DNA from: an uncultured Flavobacteriaceae bacterium
Lineage (GTDB): Bacteria; Bacteroidota; Bacteroidia; Flavobacteriales; Flavobacteriaceae
Direction of reading: 5' to 3'
DNA length: 64,000 nt
NCBI GenBank assembly: GCA_943789225.1
Contig: CALSTH010000003.1
Coordinates: 103,395 to 167,394 of the forward strand
The notes under the pieces were generated by a model. The model did no database searches. It was not told the origin of the DNA and saw only the letters and a list, made by a program, of their open reading frames with translations. Below, piece after piece: positions 48,589-59,123 of this stretch. The translations under genes were made by a program, and so were the position numbers. Each line of letters opens with the position of its first letter. The first letter of the stretch is position 1.

Positions 48589-49044
48589 ATGAATCTTCCA
48601 CACTTCACTTTTTTATTAGGTCTTATTGTAGTAGCCTGCTTAACCTATTTTCTACATGAGTGCGCACATGGTCTGGCTTACTTCTATTTTGAAATTGATT
48701 TCGACTTAAAATTGAATACAATTGTTCTTCAAAAAGACAACCTCTTTCTAACTCAATTTCAAAAGAGTGTGATTTATGGAAGTGGTGTCGGTTTTACATT
48801 TTTACAAGGGGCAACAGGCTTTTTGTTGGTTAAAAAAGATTCTTCTAATTTTGGGTTTTTACTCTTACTGTCAGCAGCTGTATTCCGTTAGGCAGCAACT
48901 CTCCAAGGAATTTGGACAGGTAGTGACGAAATACAAATGAGCTTAGCAATGGGTCTGCCCACGACATTCTGGCCTCTTCTTGTTTCCCTGTCTTTTCTTA
49001 TAATGGTGATTTATTCCAAAAGAAAAATGGCTGTTTCTAACTAA
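48589..49044 (+). pseudogene. hypothetical membrane protein with HExxH motif, interrupted by in-frame TAG at 48889-48891
   Basis: FLHECAHGLAYF motif and 3 TM before the stop. After TAG the same frame stays open for 50 codons (AATLQGIWTGSDEIQMSLAMGLPTTFWPLLVSLSFLIMVIYSKRK...), including another TM helix. Confidence 0.6.
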
Positions 49045-49151
49045 AAGTTATTTGGAGTAAGTTCCCTCTTTCTTTTGGTTACTTATTTATTTAGTTTAAT
49101 GTAGGAAAACAGTACTAGTAAACCCTTTTGGGTAAAAAAACCGTAAAAAAA

Positions 49152-49529
49152 ATGAAAAAAACAGTCTTACTCACAGGAGCCAGTAAAGGCATAGGTAGAG
49201 CTTTAGCCCAAAAAATGTTAAGCAAAGGATATTATGTTATTGGCACAAGCAGGACCCAAAGTTTTGACTTCAATCACAAAAACTTTTTCCCGTTAAAACT
49301 AGATCTTTCTGATCCCAGAAGTATTGAAAATACTCATAAGAATATTTTCACAAATTTTGATTGTATTGATATTTTAATCAACAATGCTGGAATTGGCCCC
49401 GATCTAGACACCGAAAATCCAAAGAGAGATTCTTTTAGCCAAACGTTTGATGTTAACGTTAGCGGTACTTTTTTTTTACAGAACCCCTTATTGAATGGTA
49501 AAGGTTTACCCCTTCAAACTCGCGGATAA
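49152..49529 (+). pseudogene. short-chain dehydrogenase/reductase, 5' fragment only (about 120 of about 230 codons)
   Basis: TGASKGIGRA cofactor motif and NNAGI are present, but the catalytic SxnYxxxK half is absent. The ORF runs into the 3' end of convergent sdhB (49506). T9 tract at 49469-49477. Confidence 0.7.
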
Positions 49530-50252
49530 ATATTCACGATTCATCCTAGCGATGTTTTCCAGTGAAATTCCTTTAGGACATTCTACCTCACAAGCACCGG
49601 TATTGGTGCAATTTCCAAAGCCTTCTTCGTCCATTTGTTTGACCATGCTTAGGACGCGGTCGGTGGCTTCTACTTTTCCTTGTGGGAGCAATGCATACTG
49701 AGACACTTTGGCTGAAACAAACAACATCGCAGAGGCGTTTTTACAAGTGGCTACACAAGCCCCACAGCCGATACAGGTCGCTGCGTCAAATGCTTTGTCC
49801 GCATCGTGTTTGTCGATTGGAATCGCGTTGGCATCTTGGGTGTTCCCCGAAGTGTTTACGGAAACAAAACCGCCCGCTTGCTGTACTCGATCGAAAGCAG
49901 AACGATCTACGGTTAAATCTTTGATTACTGGGAAAGCTTCGGCACGAAAGGGTTCAATAGTGATCGTATCTCCATCTTTAAACTTTCTCATGTGCAGTTG
50001 ACAGGTCGTTACCAAACGATCAGGACCGTGTGCTTCTCCATTGATAAACATCGAACACATCCCGCAGATTCCCTCACGACAGTCGTGATCAAATGCTACA
50101 GGTTCTATCCCTTGCGTCATAAGTTGTTCATTCAACACGTCCATCATTTCTAAGAAAGACATATCTGGTGAAACCTCTTCCATTTTGTAGGTTTCCATTT
50201 TTCCTTTGGCTTGCGAATTGGCTTGACGCCAAACTTTTAATGTCAAATTCAT
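49506..50252 (-). CDS. sdhB: succinate dehydrogenase/fumarate reductase iron-sulfur subunit
   Basis: Three Cys clusters ([32 protein letters not shown]). 248 aa. Confidence 0.92.
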   Translation of the reverse strand: MNLTLKVWRQANSQAKGKMETYKMEEVSPDMSFLEMMDVLNEQLMTQGIEPVAFDHDCREGICGMCSMFINGEAHGPDRLVTTCQLHMRKFKDGDTITIEPFRAEAFPVIKDLTVDRSAFDRVQQAGGFVSVNTSGNTQDANAIPIDKHDADKAFDAATCIGCGACVATCKNASAMLFVSAKVSQYALLPQGKVEATDRVLSMVKQMDEEGFGNCTNTGACEVECPKGISLENIARMNREYLSASLKG

Positions 50253-50276
50253 AGTTCTAGTTTATTGGCTTAACAA

Positions 50277-52280
50277 CTATTTATACGATCTTGTTTTTAC
50301 TTCAATTTCCTCATAGTTCAACTCCTCTTTGTGAAGTTTTGCTTTTGCGGGTACTCCTTTATATTCCCAGGCAGAGACAAACGTAAAGTTTTCATCATCC
50401 CGCAGGGCTTCTCCTTCGGGTGTTTGAGATTCTTCACGGAAATGTCCCCCGCACGACTCGGTGCGTTCTAGCGCATCTTTGGCAAACAACTCGCCCAGCT
50501 CTAAAAAGTCTGCAACACGCCCTGCTTTGGCCAATTGTTCGTTGAATTCGTCTGCTTTGCCAGGAACATTGACGTTTTTGTAGAAGTCCTCGCGCAGTTC
50601 TTGGATTTCTTTGATGGCTTCTTTAAGTTCCTTTGCATTTCGGGACATACCACATTTGTTCCACATGATTTTACCCAGCTTTCTGTGGTAATAGTCCACT
50701 GAGTTTTTCCCTTTGTTACTGATAAAACCTTCAATTTGTGCTTTTACAGCTGCCTCGGCTTTTTCAAATTCGGGAAGTTGGGTGTCAATCGGCCCCGTAC
50801 GGATATCGTCTGCGAGATAATCGCCAATGGTATAGGGTAAAACAAAATATCCATCTGCCAAACCTTGCATAAGTGCAGAAGCTCCAAGGCGGTTGGCACC
50901 GTGGTCTGAAAAGTTGGCCTCACCAATAGCATAACAGCCTTGAATAGTGGTCATCAAATTGTAATCTACCCATACCCCACCCATGGTGTAATGCACCGCA
51001 GGATAAATCATCATCGGAGTTTCATACGGATCTTGGTCAACAATTTTTTCATACATCTGGAACAAGTTCCCGTATTTGGAACGGACTACAGTTTGTCCTA
51101 ATTTTTTTACTAAAACAGCATCGTTTTCGTCCAAGCCTTTTACATGGGCTTGCTCTTTTCCATAGCGCATGATGGCTGCAGCAAAATCCAAATACACAGC
51201 TTCTCCCGTTTTGTTTACTCCAAAACCAGCATCACAGCGTTCTTTTGCAGCGCGGGAAGCTACGTCACGGGGAACCAAATTTCCAAAGGCAGGGTAGCGT
51301 CGTTCTAGATAGTAATCCCGATCTTCCTCAGCAAGCTCTGTGGGTTTTAATTTCCCTTCGCGAATGGCTTTGACGTCTTCTAATTTTTTAGGTACCCAAA
51401 TGCGTCCGTCGTTTCGGAGTGATTCCGACATCAAGGTCAACTTGGACTGGTGATCTCCAGAAACAGGAATACAGGTGGGGTGAATTTGAGTAAAACAAGG
51501 GTTGGCAAAGTGCGCTCCTTTTTTATGAATTTTCCAAGAAGCAGAAACATTACTCCCCATCGCATTGGTGGAAAGAAAGAAAACATTTCCATAGCCTCCC
51601 GAAGCGATGACTACCGCATGAGCTCCATGGCGCTCAATTTTTCCATTGACTAAGTTTCGTGTAATGATTCCACGTGCCTTCCCGTCCACCACTACGACAT
51701 CCATCATCTCATGGCGGTTGTACATTTTGATTTTACCTCGACCAATTTGACGGTTCATTGCAGAGTAGGCTCCTAAAAGCAACTGCTGTCCTGTTTGTCC
51801 TTTGGCGTAAAAAGTACGGGAAACCAAAACCCCTCCAAAAGAACGGTTGTCCAACAATCCACCGTAATCCCGAGCAAAAGGAACCCCTTGGGCAACACAC
51901 TGGTCAATGATATTGGTAGACACTTCGGCCAATCGGTGAACATTGGCTTCTCGAGAGCGGTAGTCACCTCCTTTGATGGTATCGTAAAACAAACGATAGG
52001 TTGAGTCTCCGTCTCCTTGATAATTTTTTGCTGCATTGATTCCTCCTTGGGCAGCAATAGAGTGTGCGCGTCTCGGGGAATCTTGAAAACAAAAGGTTTT
52101 GACATTATAACCCAGTTCTGCAAGGGTAGCAGAAGCAGAAGCACCCGCCAGTCCTGTTCCCACCACAATCACATCAATCAAACGTTTGTTTGCAGGGCTT
52201 ACTAAATTGATTTTGCCTTTGTGGTTATTCCACTTGTCCGCAACGGGTCCTTCAGGAATTTTTGAATCTAGCTTAGCCAT
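50277..52280 (-). CDS. sdhA: succinate dehydrogenase/fumarate reductase flavoprotein subunit
   Basis: [14 protein letters not shown] motif, covalent-FAD His context [12 protein letters not shown]. 667 aa. Confidence 0.93.
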   Translation of the reverse strand: MAKLDSKIPEGPVADKWNNHKGKINLVSPANKRLIDVIVVGTGLAGASASATLAELGYNVKTFCFQDSPRRAHSIAAQGGINAAKNYQGDGDSTYRLFYDTIKGGDYRSREANVHRLAEVSTNIIDQCVAQGVPFARDYGGLLDNRSFGGVLVSRTFYAKGQTGQQLLLGAYSAMNRQIGRGKIKMYNRHEMMDVVVVDGKARGIITRNLVNGKIERHGAHAVVIASGGYGNVFFLSTNAMGSNVSASWKIHKKGAHFANPCFTQIHPTCIPVSGDHQSKLTLMSESLRNDGRIWVPKKLEDVKAIREGKLKPTELAEEDRDYYLERRYPAFGNLVPRDVASRAAKERCDAGFGVNKTGEAVYLDFAAAIMRYGKEQAHVKGLDENDAVLVKKLGQTVVRSKYGNLFQMYEKIVDQDPYETPMMIYPAVHYTMGGVWVDYNLMTTIQGCYAIGEANFSDHGANRLGASALMQGLADGYFVLPYTIGDYLADDIRTGPIDTQLPEFEKAEAAVKAQIEGFISNKGKNSVDYYHRKLGKIMWNKCGMSRNAKELKEAIKEIQELREDFYKNVNVPGKADEFNEQLAKAGRVADFLELGELFAKDALERTESCGGHFREESQTPEGEALRDDENFTFVSAWEYKGVPAKAKLHKEELNYEEIEVKTRSYK

Positions 52281-52281
52281 A

Positions 52282-52941
52282 TTAAAATGCAGTTAAATGA
52301 TGAAACAATGCAATAAAAACAAACCCTAAGGGTACCACTAATGAAAAAGCAGTGGTGAATGATTTTAAAGCTTTAGAATATTTATTGTTGATTCCAACCG
52401 ACTGGAACGAAGAAGCAAAGCCGTGCAGCAAGTGTAAACTTAAAAACACAAAAGAAAGGGCATAGATCCCCACACGAACTGGGCTTTCAAATTTATGAAC
52501 CAGTTCTTCAAAATAACGGTCTGGATTGAGCGGTAAGACCTCCACATATTTGTAATTCATCTCGGGAACCCAAAAATCGTAGAAGTGCAAGCCCAAGAAG
52601 GACAAAATCACAATCCCCGAATAAATCATATTTCGGGACATCCAAGAGGCGTTGGTACCTCCTTTGTAGTTGGCGTATTTTACCCCTCGAGATTTTGAAT
52701 TTTTGAGCTCCAAAACAAACCCCATAACGAAATGGAAAAGGACACCAAAAATCAAAATAGGTTGAAGAATAAATTGTACTATGGGGTTGTTCCCCATAAA
52801 ATGAGATACTTGATTGAAAAGCGATTCACTAAAAACTGAAAGCAAGTTGATACTGAAGTGTTGTGTTAAAAACAGTACTAGAAAAATCCCAGAAAGTGCC
52901 ATGGTTACTTTTCTTCCGATCGAAGAGGCAGTCAAAGTCAT
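52282..52941 (-). CDS. sdhC: succinate dehydrogenase cytochrome b subunit (single-subunit Bacteroidota type)
   Basis: 219 aa, 5 TM with conserved His residues. 1 nt upstream of sdhA. Confidence 0.8.
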   Translation of the reverse strand: MTLTASSIGRKVTMALSGIFLVLFLTQHFSINLLSVFSESLFNQVSHFMGNNPIVQFILQPILIFGVLFHFVMGFVLELKNSKSRGVKYANYKGGTNASWMSRNMIYSGIVILSFLGLHFYDFWVPEMNYKYVEVLPLNPDRYFEELVHKFESPVRVGIYALSFVFLSLHLLHGFASSFQSVGINNKYSKALKSFTTAFSLVVPLGFVFIALFHHLTAF

Positions 52942-53141
52942 AAGTTTTCAATTTGTTTTACAAAATTACGGCATAAACCCATAGCAGCAAACCGCTTTAT
53001 CTAATTTTTATACTTTATAAATAAAGAAAAAGTAAATTTTACTTTTTTGTTGAATATCCCCTATAAAATCATTCTTAAAAGGGGGGGTTGGTTAAACAAA
53101 TGGGGTTTTAAAAAACTGTTATCTTCGTAAAAAATCACAAC

Positions 53142-54434
53142 ATGAAGTACCTACCCCTCTCCAGCTCTTTTTATCGTAAAAACCGAAAGGCGTTTATGGG
53201 TCATATGAAACCCAAGAGTCTCGCAATTTTTAATTCGAATGATATTTATCCCGTCAGTGCAGACTGTGTCCTTCCCTTTGAGCAACACCGCGATATTTTT
53301 TACCTGTCAGGAGTGGATCAGGAGGAAAGCATTTTGGTCTTGTTTCCCGACACCGTAGAATCCAAGCACAGAGAGATTCTTTTTGTTCGAAAAACGAATG
53401 CGCATATTGCTGTATGGGAAGGTGCTAAACTCAGCAAAGAAGAAGCAAGTGCACTAAGTGGTGTACCAACTGTGTATTGGTTAGACGATTTTAAAGCTGT
53501 TTTTCAAGAACTCAGTACTCAGTGCGAAACGTTTTATTTTAACACTAACGAGCATTACCGACAAGCTGTGGAAACAGAAACCAGAGAGGATCGCTTTATC
53601 AAGTGGTGTAAAAAGCATTATCCGGCGCACGCTGTGGCAAAGAGCAATCCCATATTACAACAATTGCGATCGGTAAAGGATGCTGAAGAAATTGAACAAT
53701 TGCAAAGAGCCTGCGACATTACGGAAAGGGGTATTCGTCGAGTAGTATCGTTTTTGAAGCCCGAGGTTTGGGAATATGAGATCGAGGCTGAGTTGGTCCA
53801 TGAGTTCCTCCGAAATCGCTCCAAGGGTTTTGCCTATGAACCCATTATTGCGTCGGGAGCCAATGCCAATGTATTGCACTATACCGTAAACAATCAGCAG
53901 TGTAAAGCGGGAGATTTGGTCTTGATGGATGTCGCTGCAGAATACGGAAATTACTCGGCAGATCTAACACGAACCTTCCCCGTTTCTGGGACTTATACCC
54001 CCCGCCAAAAGAAAGTCTATAATGCCGTTTTGAGAGTAAAAAACGAAGCTACAAAACTTTTGGTCCCCGGCACGCTCTGGAAAGAATTCCATGTGGAAGT
54101 AGGGAATCTGATGACCTCCGAACTTTTGGGACTAGGTCTTTTGGACAAAGCGGATGTTCAAAATGAAACTCCTGAAAAACCGGCCTACAAAAAATATTTT
54201 ATGCACGGGACAGCGCACCACTTAGGACTCAACACCCACGACTATGGGCTACTCCACTTGCCCATGGAGCCCAATATGGTGTTTACCGTAGAACCTGGAA
54301 TTTATATCCCCGAAGAAGGGTTTGGAGTCCGTTTAGAAGACGACGTGGTGATCCAAAAAACAGGAGCCCCCCTAAATCTGATGGAAAACATTCCCATAGA
54401 AATAGAAGAAATAGAAAGTCTGATTAATGCATAA
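53142..54434 (+). CDS. pepP: Xaa-Pro aminopeptidase (M24B)
   Basis: DLVLMDVAAEY, HGTAHHLGL, VEPGIY and RLEDDV metal-ligand motifs. 430 aa. Confidence 0.88.
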   Translation: MKYLPLSSSFYRKNRKAFMGHMKPKSLAIFNSNDIYPVSADCVLPFEQHRDIFYLSGVDQEESILVLFPDTVESKHREILFVRKTNAHIAVWEGAKLSKEEASALSGVPTVYWLDDFKAVFQELSTQCETFYFNTNEHYRQAVETETREDRFIKWCKKHYPAHAVAKSNPILQQLRSVKDAEEIEQLQRACDITERGIRRVVSFLKPEVWEYEIEAELVHEFLRNRSKGFAYEPIIASGANANVLHYTVNNQQCKAGDLVLMDVAAEYGNYSADLTRTFPVSGTYTPRQKKVYNAVLRVKNEATKLLVPGTLWKEFHVEVGNLMTSELLGLGLLDKADVQNETPEKPAYKKYFMHGTAHHLGLNTHDYGLLHLPMEPNMVFTVEPGIYIPEEGFGVRLEDDVVIQKTGAPLNLMENIPIEIEEIESLINA

Positions 54435-54461
54435 AAAAAGCCACCCCAAGGGTGGCTTTTT
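54433..54461. terminator. bidirectional rho-independent terminator between convergent pepP and MFS genes
   Basis: AAAAAAA-GCCACC-ccaag-GGTGGC-TTTTT. Perfect 6-bp GC-rich stem flanked by an A-run and a T-run. Confidence 0.7.
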
Positions 54462-54477
54462 ACACTAATTATTCGTC

Positions 54478-55689
54478 TTAGGCAGTGGCAGTTTTTACAT
54501 TGCCCTTTTGCCAGAAATAGAGTATGGTAAATAAGATGATTAGAATCGCTGGAAAAGAAATCATATAGGTTAAGGTTTGTTGTCCTGCGGCTAATTCCAG
54601 TTCTGTTCCCGTTAGTCCTAAAGCGCTTTGTGTTTCCCGTGAGCTGTCAATCCATGAACCGATAATGGGTTGAAAAATGGATGAGGAAAACATTCCCATT
54701 CCCCCTACTATGGACATTCCTAAAGCGCCACTAGCAGGGATTTTTTCTGCTACAAAACCGATCATATTAGGCCAGAAATAACAAATCCCCAAGGCAAAAA
54801 AGACAGCAGCAACATAGACCATTCCTCCGGTTTGAGTACTGAATAAAAAGATACCTATAGCTGCCAAAACTGCAGAACCTAACAGTACACCTGTTTGGTC
54901 CAAACGATGTACGATATCCCCTCCAAAATAACGTCCTACTGCCATTAGTCCGGTAATTAAGGCCAGGATGACCATAGGCTGGGCACCACTATTGGCCATG
55001 ATTAAACTGGTCCACTGTTGGGGTCCAAATTCAGAAATAGCAGTAAGTGCCATACAGGCCAAAATAAAAATATAAATGGGTGAAGACATCGCTTTAAAAT
55101 TTTCTCCAATGGAAGTGGCTGCTTGAACTTTTGGTTTGGGAAATTCTTGTCCCATAAAGAAATAAGCGTAAATAAGGGTAGGAATCATGATAATCCAAAT
55201 TTGTGCTTGCCATCCCAAAGCCGCATCAGTCATGAATTTGGATACCAAACTCCCCAATACAATCCCACCAGGGAACCACATGTGGAAGCGGTTGAGTAGG
55301 GTATTCATTTTCTTACCTTCATAGGCGTCTGCAATCATCGGATTACAAGCTGCTTCAGTACATCCATTCCCGATTCCGATAAGCAATGTTGAAAGAAGTA
55401 AGCCTGTATAACCCCCAGAATAAATTGTGAAAATAATCCCTAAAGTGTGCGTAATAAAAGCAAATTGCATAATGCGCTTGGGACCTATGGTGTGATAAAA
55501 AAGGCCTCCCAAAATCATGGAAATGGGAAAACCCAAAAACCACATGGAATTGATAAAACCTAGTTGTTGTCCATCTAAAAGAAATTCCTCTCCAAGTTGA
55601 GGTAAAATCCCCGCTCGGATACTAAATGAAAAGGCAGTTGTTATTAGGGCAAAACAACTACCATAGAAGAGTCTGTTTGAATTTGTCAT
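54478..55689 (-). CDS. MFS transporter
   Basis: 403 aa, 12 TM, MFS-like loops. Substrate not inferable. Confidence 0.8.
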   Translation of the reverse strand: MTNSNRLFYGSCFALITTAFSFSIRAGILPQLGEEFLLDGQQLGFINSMWFLGFPISMILGGLFYHTIGPKRIMQFAFITHTLGIIFTIYSGGYTGLLLSTLLIGIGNGCTEAACNPMIADAYEGKKMNTLLNRFHMWFPGGIVLGSLVSKFMTDAALGWQAQIWIIMIPTLIYAYFFMGQEFPKPKVQAATSIGENFKAMSSPIYIFILACMALTAISEFGPQQWTSLIMANSGAQPMVILALITGLMAVGRYFGGDIVHRLDQTGVLLGSAVLAAIGIFLFSTQTGGMVYVAAVFFALGICYFWPNMIGFVAEKIPASGALGMSIVGGMGMFSSSIFQPIIGSWIDSSRETQSALGLTGTELELAAGQQTLTYMISFPAILIILFTILYFWQKGNVKTATA

Positions 55690-55785
55690 TGTTAAGTTTG
55701 TTTCAATTTGTATCCTTAAAGATATAGGATTTTATAAAACAAGGGCAAAATGAACTGAACTTAATCCGGTTTCTACTCTTTTTGT

Positions 55786-55917
55786 TTAGTGACAGCCACA
55801 GTCCGAGTCACAACTTTTATTGATGGTTGTTTTATTCTTAAACAAAACTTTACGGAACAGAAAAAGTAGGGCACTAGCTCCAGAAAGAATAACCAAAAGG
55901 GGTTGTATGTTCTCCAT
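55786..55917 (-). CDS. FeoB-associated Cys-rich small membrane protein (43 aa)
   Basis: MENIQPLLVILSGASALLFLFRKVLFKNKTTINKSCDSDCGCH: one TM plus a C-terminal CxxxCxC tail. The ATG overlaps the feoB stop (TAATG). The track's 85-aa version extends into feoB. Confidence 0.7.
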   Translation of the reverse strand: MENIQPLLVILSGASALLFLFRKVLFKNKTTINKSCDSDCGCH

Positions 55918-58007
55918 TAGGCTAAAATTTGATAGGTTGAAAAGGCTACAAGATACGCCAATAGGGTCATCCCAAAAAGCTGTACCATGGGCCATTTCCA
56001 GGAATTGGTTTCTTTTCGAACCACCGCTAAGGTACTCATACATTGCATGGCAAAAGCGTAAAAGAGCATTAGAGAAATCCCACTAGCCAAGTTAAAAAGA
56101 GGGCTTCCATCTTTCCGTACCTCTGAAGCCATACGGTTTTTTATGGTGTCTTCGGAATCGCTCTCCACACTGTAAATTGTTGCCAGTGTTCCCACAAAAA
56201 CTTCTCGTGCAGCAAACGAACTGATCAGTGCAATTCCTATCTTCCAATCGTAGCCAAGAGGTGAAATGACAGGTTCTATCGTTTTTCCTAAAATTCCGAT
56301 GTAGGAATGTTCCAATTTGTAGGCATTTGTTTTGATTTCCAAATCGGTGTCGTTTAGTTCGGGATAATCTTGTTGAACAATTTGTTCGGCTTGGTTAAAG
56401 TCTTTTCCAGGACCGTATGAGGCCATAATCCAAAGCAAAATAGAAATAGCTAAAATAATTTTTCCCGCCTCGGCAACAAAAGTTCGAGTTTTTTCCCAAA
56501 CGGTTATTCCCACATTTTTTAGCAAAGGCAATTTGTAATTTGGCATTTCTACTATAAAATAACTCTTGGCTTGTATGTCTAGTGTTTTACTTAAAATCCA
56601 AGCTGCCAAGAGGGCCATACCAAAACCAACTAAGTATAAAAACATCAGCATCAGCCCTTTGTAACTCAATCCAAGAAGCGACCCTTCTGGAATCACCAAA
56701 GCAATGAGAATGGCATAGACTGGCAATCGGGCGGAACAGGTCGTAAAGGGGGTCACCAAGATTGTAATCAGGCGTTCTTTCCAGTTTTCAATATTTCGGG
56801 TAGCCATGACCGCAGGTATGGCACAGGCAGTTCCTGAAATTAGCGGGATCACACTTTTTCCATTAAGTCCAAAACGACGTAACCCCCGATCCATCAAAAA
56901 CACCACACGACTCATATAGCCCGTTTCTTCAAGTATGGAAATAAAGAGAAAGAGAAAGGCAATCTGTGGAATAAAAATGACAATTCCCCCCAAACCTGGG
57001 ACAATCCCCTGAGTCAAAAGGTCTGTAAAAACTCCTGCAGGTAGTTTTTCGCTTAAGATTTGACTCAAAGAAGCAAAGCTGGAATCGATAAAATCTTGAG
57101 GAATACTACTCCAACTAAAAATAGATTGGAAAATGGTCATCAGGATGACAAAGAAAATAACATAGCCCCAAAATTTATGAATCAAAACTCGGTCAAAACG
57201 ACTTCTCAGGTCTGTGGCTGCGGCACGGTCTATGTTAAGGCCTTGTTTCAATACCTGATTGATAAATTGGTATCTTTTTACGGTTTCTTTTTGTTGAAGG
57301 CGTTTGAGATTGGAGGGAGATGCGGTTTTAAAGTCGGTGGCATCCGAAACTCGTTTTCGGTCTAGTTTAGCAAAATTGACATCTTGTGTAATGACCAGCC
57401 ACAATTTGTAAAGCGACTGATTGGGGAAGATTTTTTCCAGATTTTGAAAATAGGCTTCATCTATTGTGTTGATCGAAATGGTGGCAGCAGTGGACAGTTG
57501 TCTGTAGTCAATGATCATTTTTTTAAGTTCCTCCAGGCCTTTCTTCTCCCGTGTACTCACCACTGCTATTTTGGTATCCAACGCCTCTTCTAGAAGAGCG
57601 ATATCCAGTGTGATCCCTTTGCGTTTCATCTGGTCAGCCATATTGATGACCAACAGCGTGGGAATCCCTAAATCCTTAACTTGTGTAAACAGCAGTAGAT
57701 TGCGCTTTAAGTTTTCTACATCGGTGACAACCACCGCAACATCAGGAAAATCTTTGCTGTTTCTGTTGAGTAAAAGCTCGATTACCACACTTTCATCCAT
57801 CGATGATGCGTTGAGACTGTAGGTTCCCGGAAGGTCCAATACATGCCCCTTAGTGGTTCGGTCTAGCTTACAAATTCCTTCTTTCTTTTCGACAGTAATT
57901 CCCGGATAGTTTCCTACTTTTTGAGACAAGCCCGTCAATGCATTAAATACGGAAGTCTTCCCCGTATTTGGATTTCCCAACAATGCGATATTAAGGGCTT
58001 TACTCAT
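55917..58007 (-). CDS. feoB: ferrous iron transporter B
   Basis: G-domain GNPNTGKTSVFN, DLPGTYS, NMAD, followed by a polytopic membrane domain. 696 aa. Confidence 0.93.
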   Translation of the reverse strand: MSKALNIALLGNPNTGKTSVFNALTGLSQKVGNYPGITVEKKEGICKLDRTTKGHVLDLPGTYSLNASSMDESVVIELLLNRNSKDFPDVAVVVTDVENLKRNLLLFTQVKDLGIPTLLVINMADQMKRKGITLDIALLEEALDTKIAVVSTREKKGLEELKKMIIDYRQLSTAATISINTIDEAYFQNLEKIFPNQSLYKLWLVITQDVNFAKLDRKRVSDATDFKTASPSNLKRLQQKETVKRYQFINQVLKQGLNIDRAAATDLRSRFDRVLIHKFWGYVIFFVILMTIFQSIFSWSSIPQDFIDSSFASLSQILSEKLPAGVFTDLLTQGIVPGLGGIVIFIPQIAFLFLFISILEETGYMSRVVFLMDRGLRRFGLNGKSVIPLISGTACAIPAVMATRNIENWKERLITILVTPFTTCSARLPVYAILIALVIPEGSLLGLSYKGLMLMFLYLVGFGMALLAAWILSKTLDIQAKSYFIVEMPNYKLPLLKNVGITVWEKTRTFVAEAGKIILAISILLWIMASYGPGKDFNQAEQIVQQDYPELNDTDLEIKTNAYKLEHSYIGILGKTIEPVISPLGYDWKIGIALISSFAAREVFVGTLATIYSVESDSEDTIKNRMASEVRKDGSPLFNLASGISLMLFYAFAMQCMSTLAVVRKETNSWKWPMVQLFGMTLLAYLVAFSTYQILA

Positions 58008-58010
58008 GCA

Positions 58011-58238
58011 CTAGTCGATTAAACGAACAAATATGTCTTTGGCTGTTTCTTTGCGGATGGCCAAATGAGACTCGTCTATTTTGATGTATAAGGGATCGTT
58101 AAAAGGTGCATTCTGAATCAGGGAGATAGCGCTGCCTGGCAGACATCCCATTTCAATGAGCTTGAGAGGAAGTTTGTCTGTTTCAATTGTTTCGATTTCT
58201 GCTTGCTCACCTATTTTGAGCTCATCCAGTGGAATCAT
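58011..58238 (-). CDS. feoA: FeoA-family protein
   Basis: 75 aa, SH3-like FeoA pattern (LIEMGCLPGSAISL). 3 nt upstream of feoB. Confidence 0.85.
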   Translation of the reverse strand: MIPLDELKIGEQAEIETIETDKLPLKLIEMGCLPGSAISLIQNAPFNDPLYIKIDESHLAIRKETAKDIFVRLID

Positions 58239-58308
58239 TATTTAGAATGATTTTAAAGAACAAAAGTAGGGAAATTACCCACTTAAAATTAGGTTCTGCA
58301 AAAAAAAA

Positions 58309-58986
58309 TTAGGGAAGGGGATATTCTTGTTGTAAAAGTACGATATCGGAAAGTAATGTTTCCACAGCTACCGTATCGGTTCCATCGTAAAACCCACGGA
58401 TGCGTTTTTCAGGATCTACCAGTACAAAATTTTCAGTATGAATCATGTCATGGGGGCCTCCGTCTCCGTCATTTTTTACTGCGAGGTAGGATTTTCGGGC
58501 GAGTTCATAAATCTGCTTTTTGTCTCCAGTGAGCAAATTCCATTTGGAATCTATCACTCCTTTTTCCAGGGCGTATTTTTTTAATTGGGCAACAGAATCA
58601 ATTTGGGGAGTTACGCTAAAAGAAAGCAATCCGACTTGATCGTTTTCTTTTAAAGCTTCTTGAAGCAGGCCCATATTGGCAGTCATTTTTGGGCATATCG
58701 TAGGGCAAGTTGTGAAAAAAAAGTCTGCTACATAGATTTTATTTTTATACGCCTTTTGAGTAATGGTTGCTCCGTTTTGGTTGGTCAAAGAGAACGGAGC
58801 AATTTTATGGTACTTTTTTACATGTTGTAAACTGCTGTCCACCAATTCGTAGTTCACCATTGCAGGCTGATAAATTGGCAGTCGTTCTTCGGGAGTGAGT
58901 GCGTTGTAAAACAGGGCTAAAATTACCAAGGAAACTCCTACTGAAATTCCTAAAAAGGTTTTATACCGGTCAAAAAATGTCTTCAT
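58309..58986 (-). CDS. SCO1/SenC-family thioredoxin-like copper chaperone
   Basis: N-terminal TM, FFFTTCPTICP CxxxC motif and the downstream conserved His. Confidence 0.85.
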   Translation of the reverse strand: MKTFFDRYKTFLGISVGVSLVILALFYNALTPEERLPIYQPAMVNYELVDSSLQHVKKYHKIAPFSLTNQNGATITQKAYKNKIYVADFFFTTCPTICPKMTANMGLLQEALKENDQVGLLSFSVTPQIDSVAQLKKYALEKGVIDSKWNLLTGDKKQIYELARKSYLAVKNDGDGGPHDMIHTENFVLVDPEKRIRGFYDGTDTVAVETLLSDIVLLQQEYPLP

Positions 58987-59123
58987 AAATTCAAATCCTA
59001 ATGTAAATTTAGCGGTTTTACATACGATGCCGAAATGGAAAGTCCAAAAAGTGGCTTAAAAGCGGGATCATATTTTTATTATGCATCCTATTGTACTACT
59101 TTTGCTGGAATCAAAAATTGAAT

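Noticed and set aside
22453-48891. Stop-codon reassignment, programmed read-through or pyrrolysine-type decoding as the explanation for the in-frame TAA (22453, 43316) and TAG (48889).
   Set aside because: TAA and TAG terminate most of the well-conserved genes in this window at positions that fit family lengths (for example the hem genes, sdhA/B, glyQS and feoB). No suppressor tRNA or recoding signal is visible. Ordinary nonsense mutation is the simpler reading.
424-52168. Long antisense or nested ORFs in the track: 424-798, 1654-1959, 8817-9116, 9738-10037, 30704-31033, 37554-37883, 40296-40610, 43899-44243, 45283-45693, 45888-46220 and 51773-52168.
   Set aside because: Each lies wholly inside, or antisense to, a gene with strong family motifs. 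Their translations lack motifs and show odd composition (rich in Cys, Arg, Ser and Phe) typical of shadow frames.
55786-56043. Full 85-aa version of the ORF downstream of feoB.
   Set aside because: Its first 42 codons overlap the feoB 3' end in another frame. Only the last 43 codons (from MENIQ) match the FeoB-associated Cys-rich family shape.
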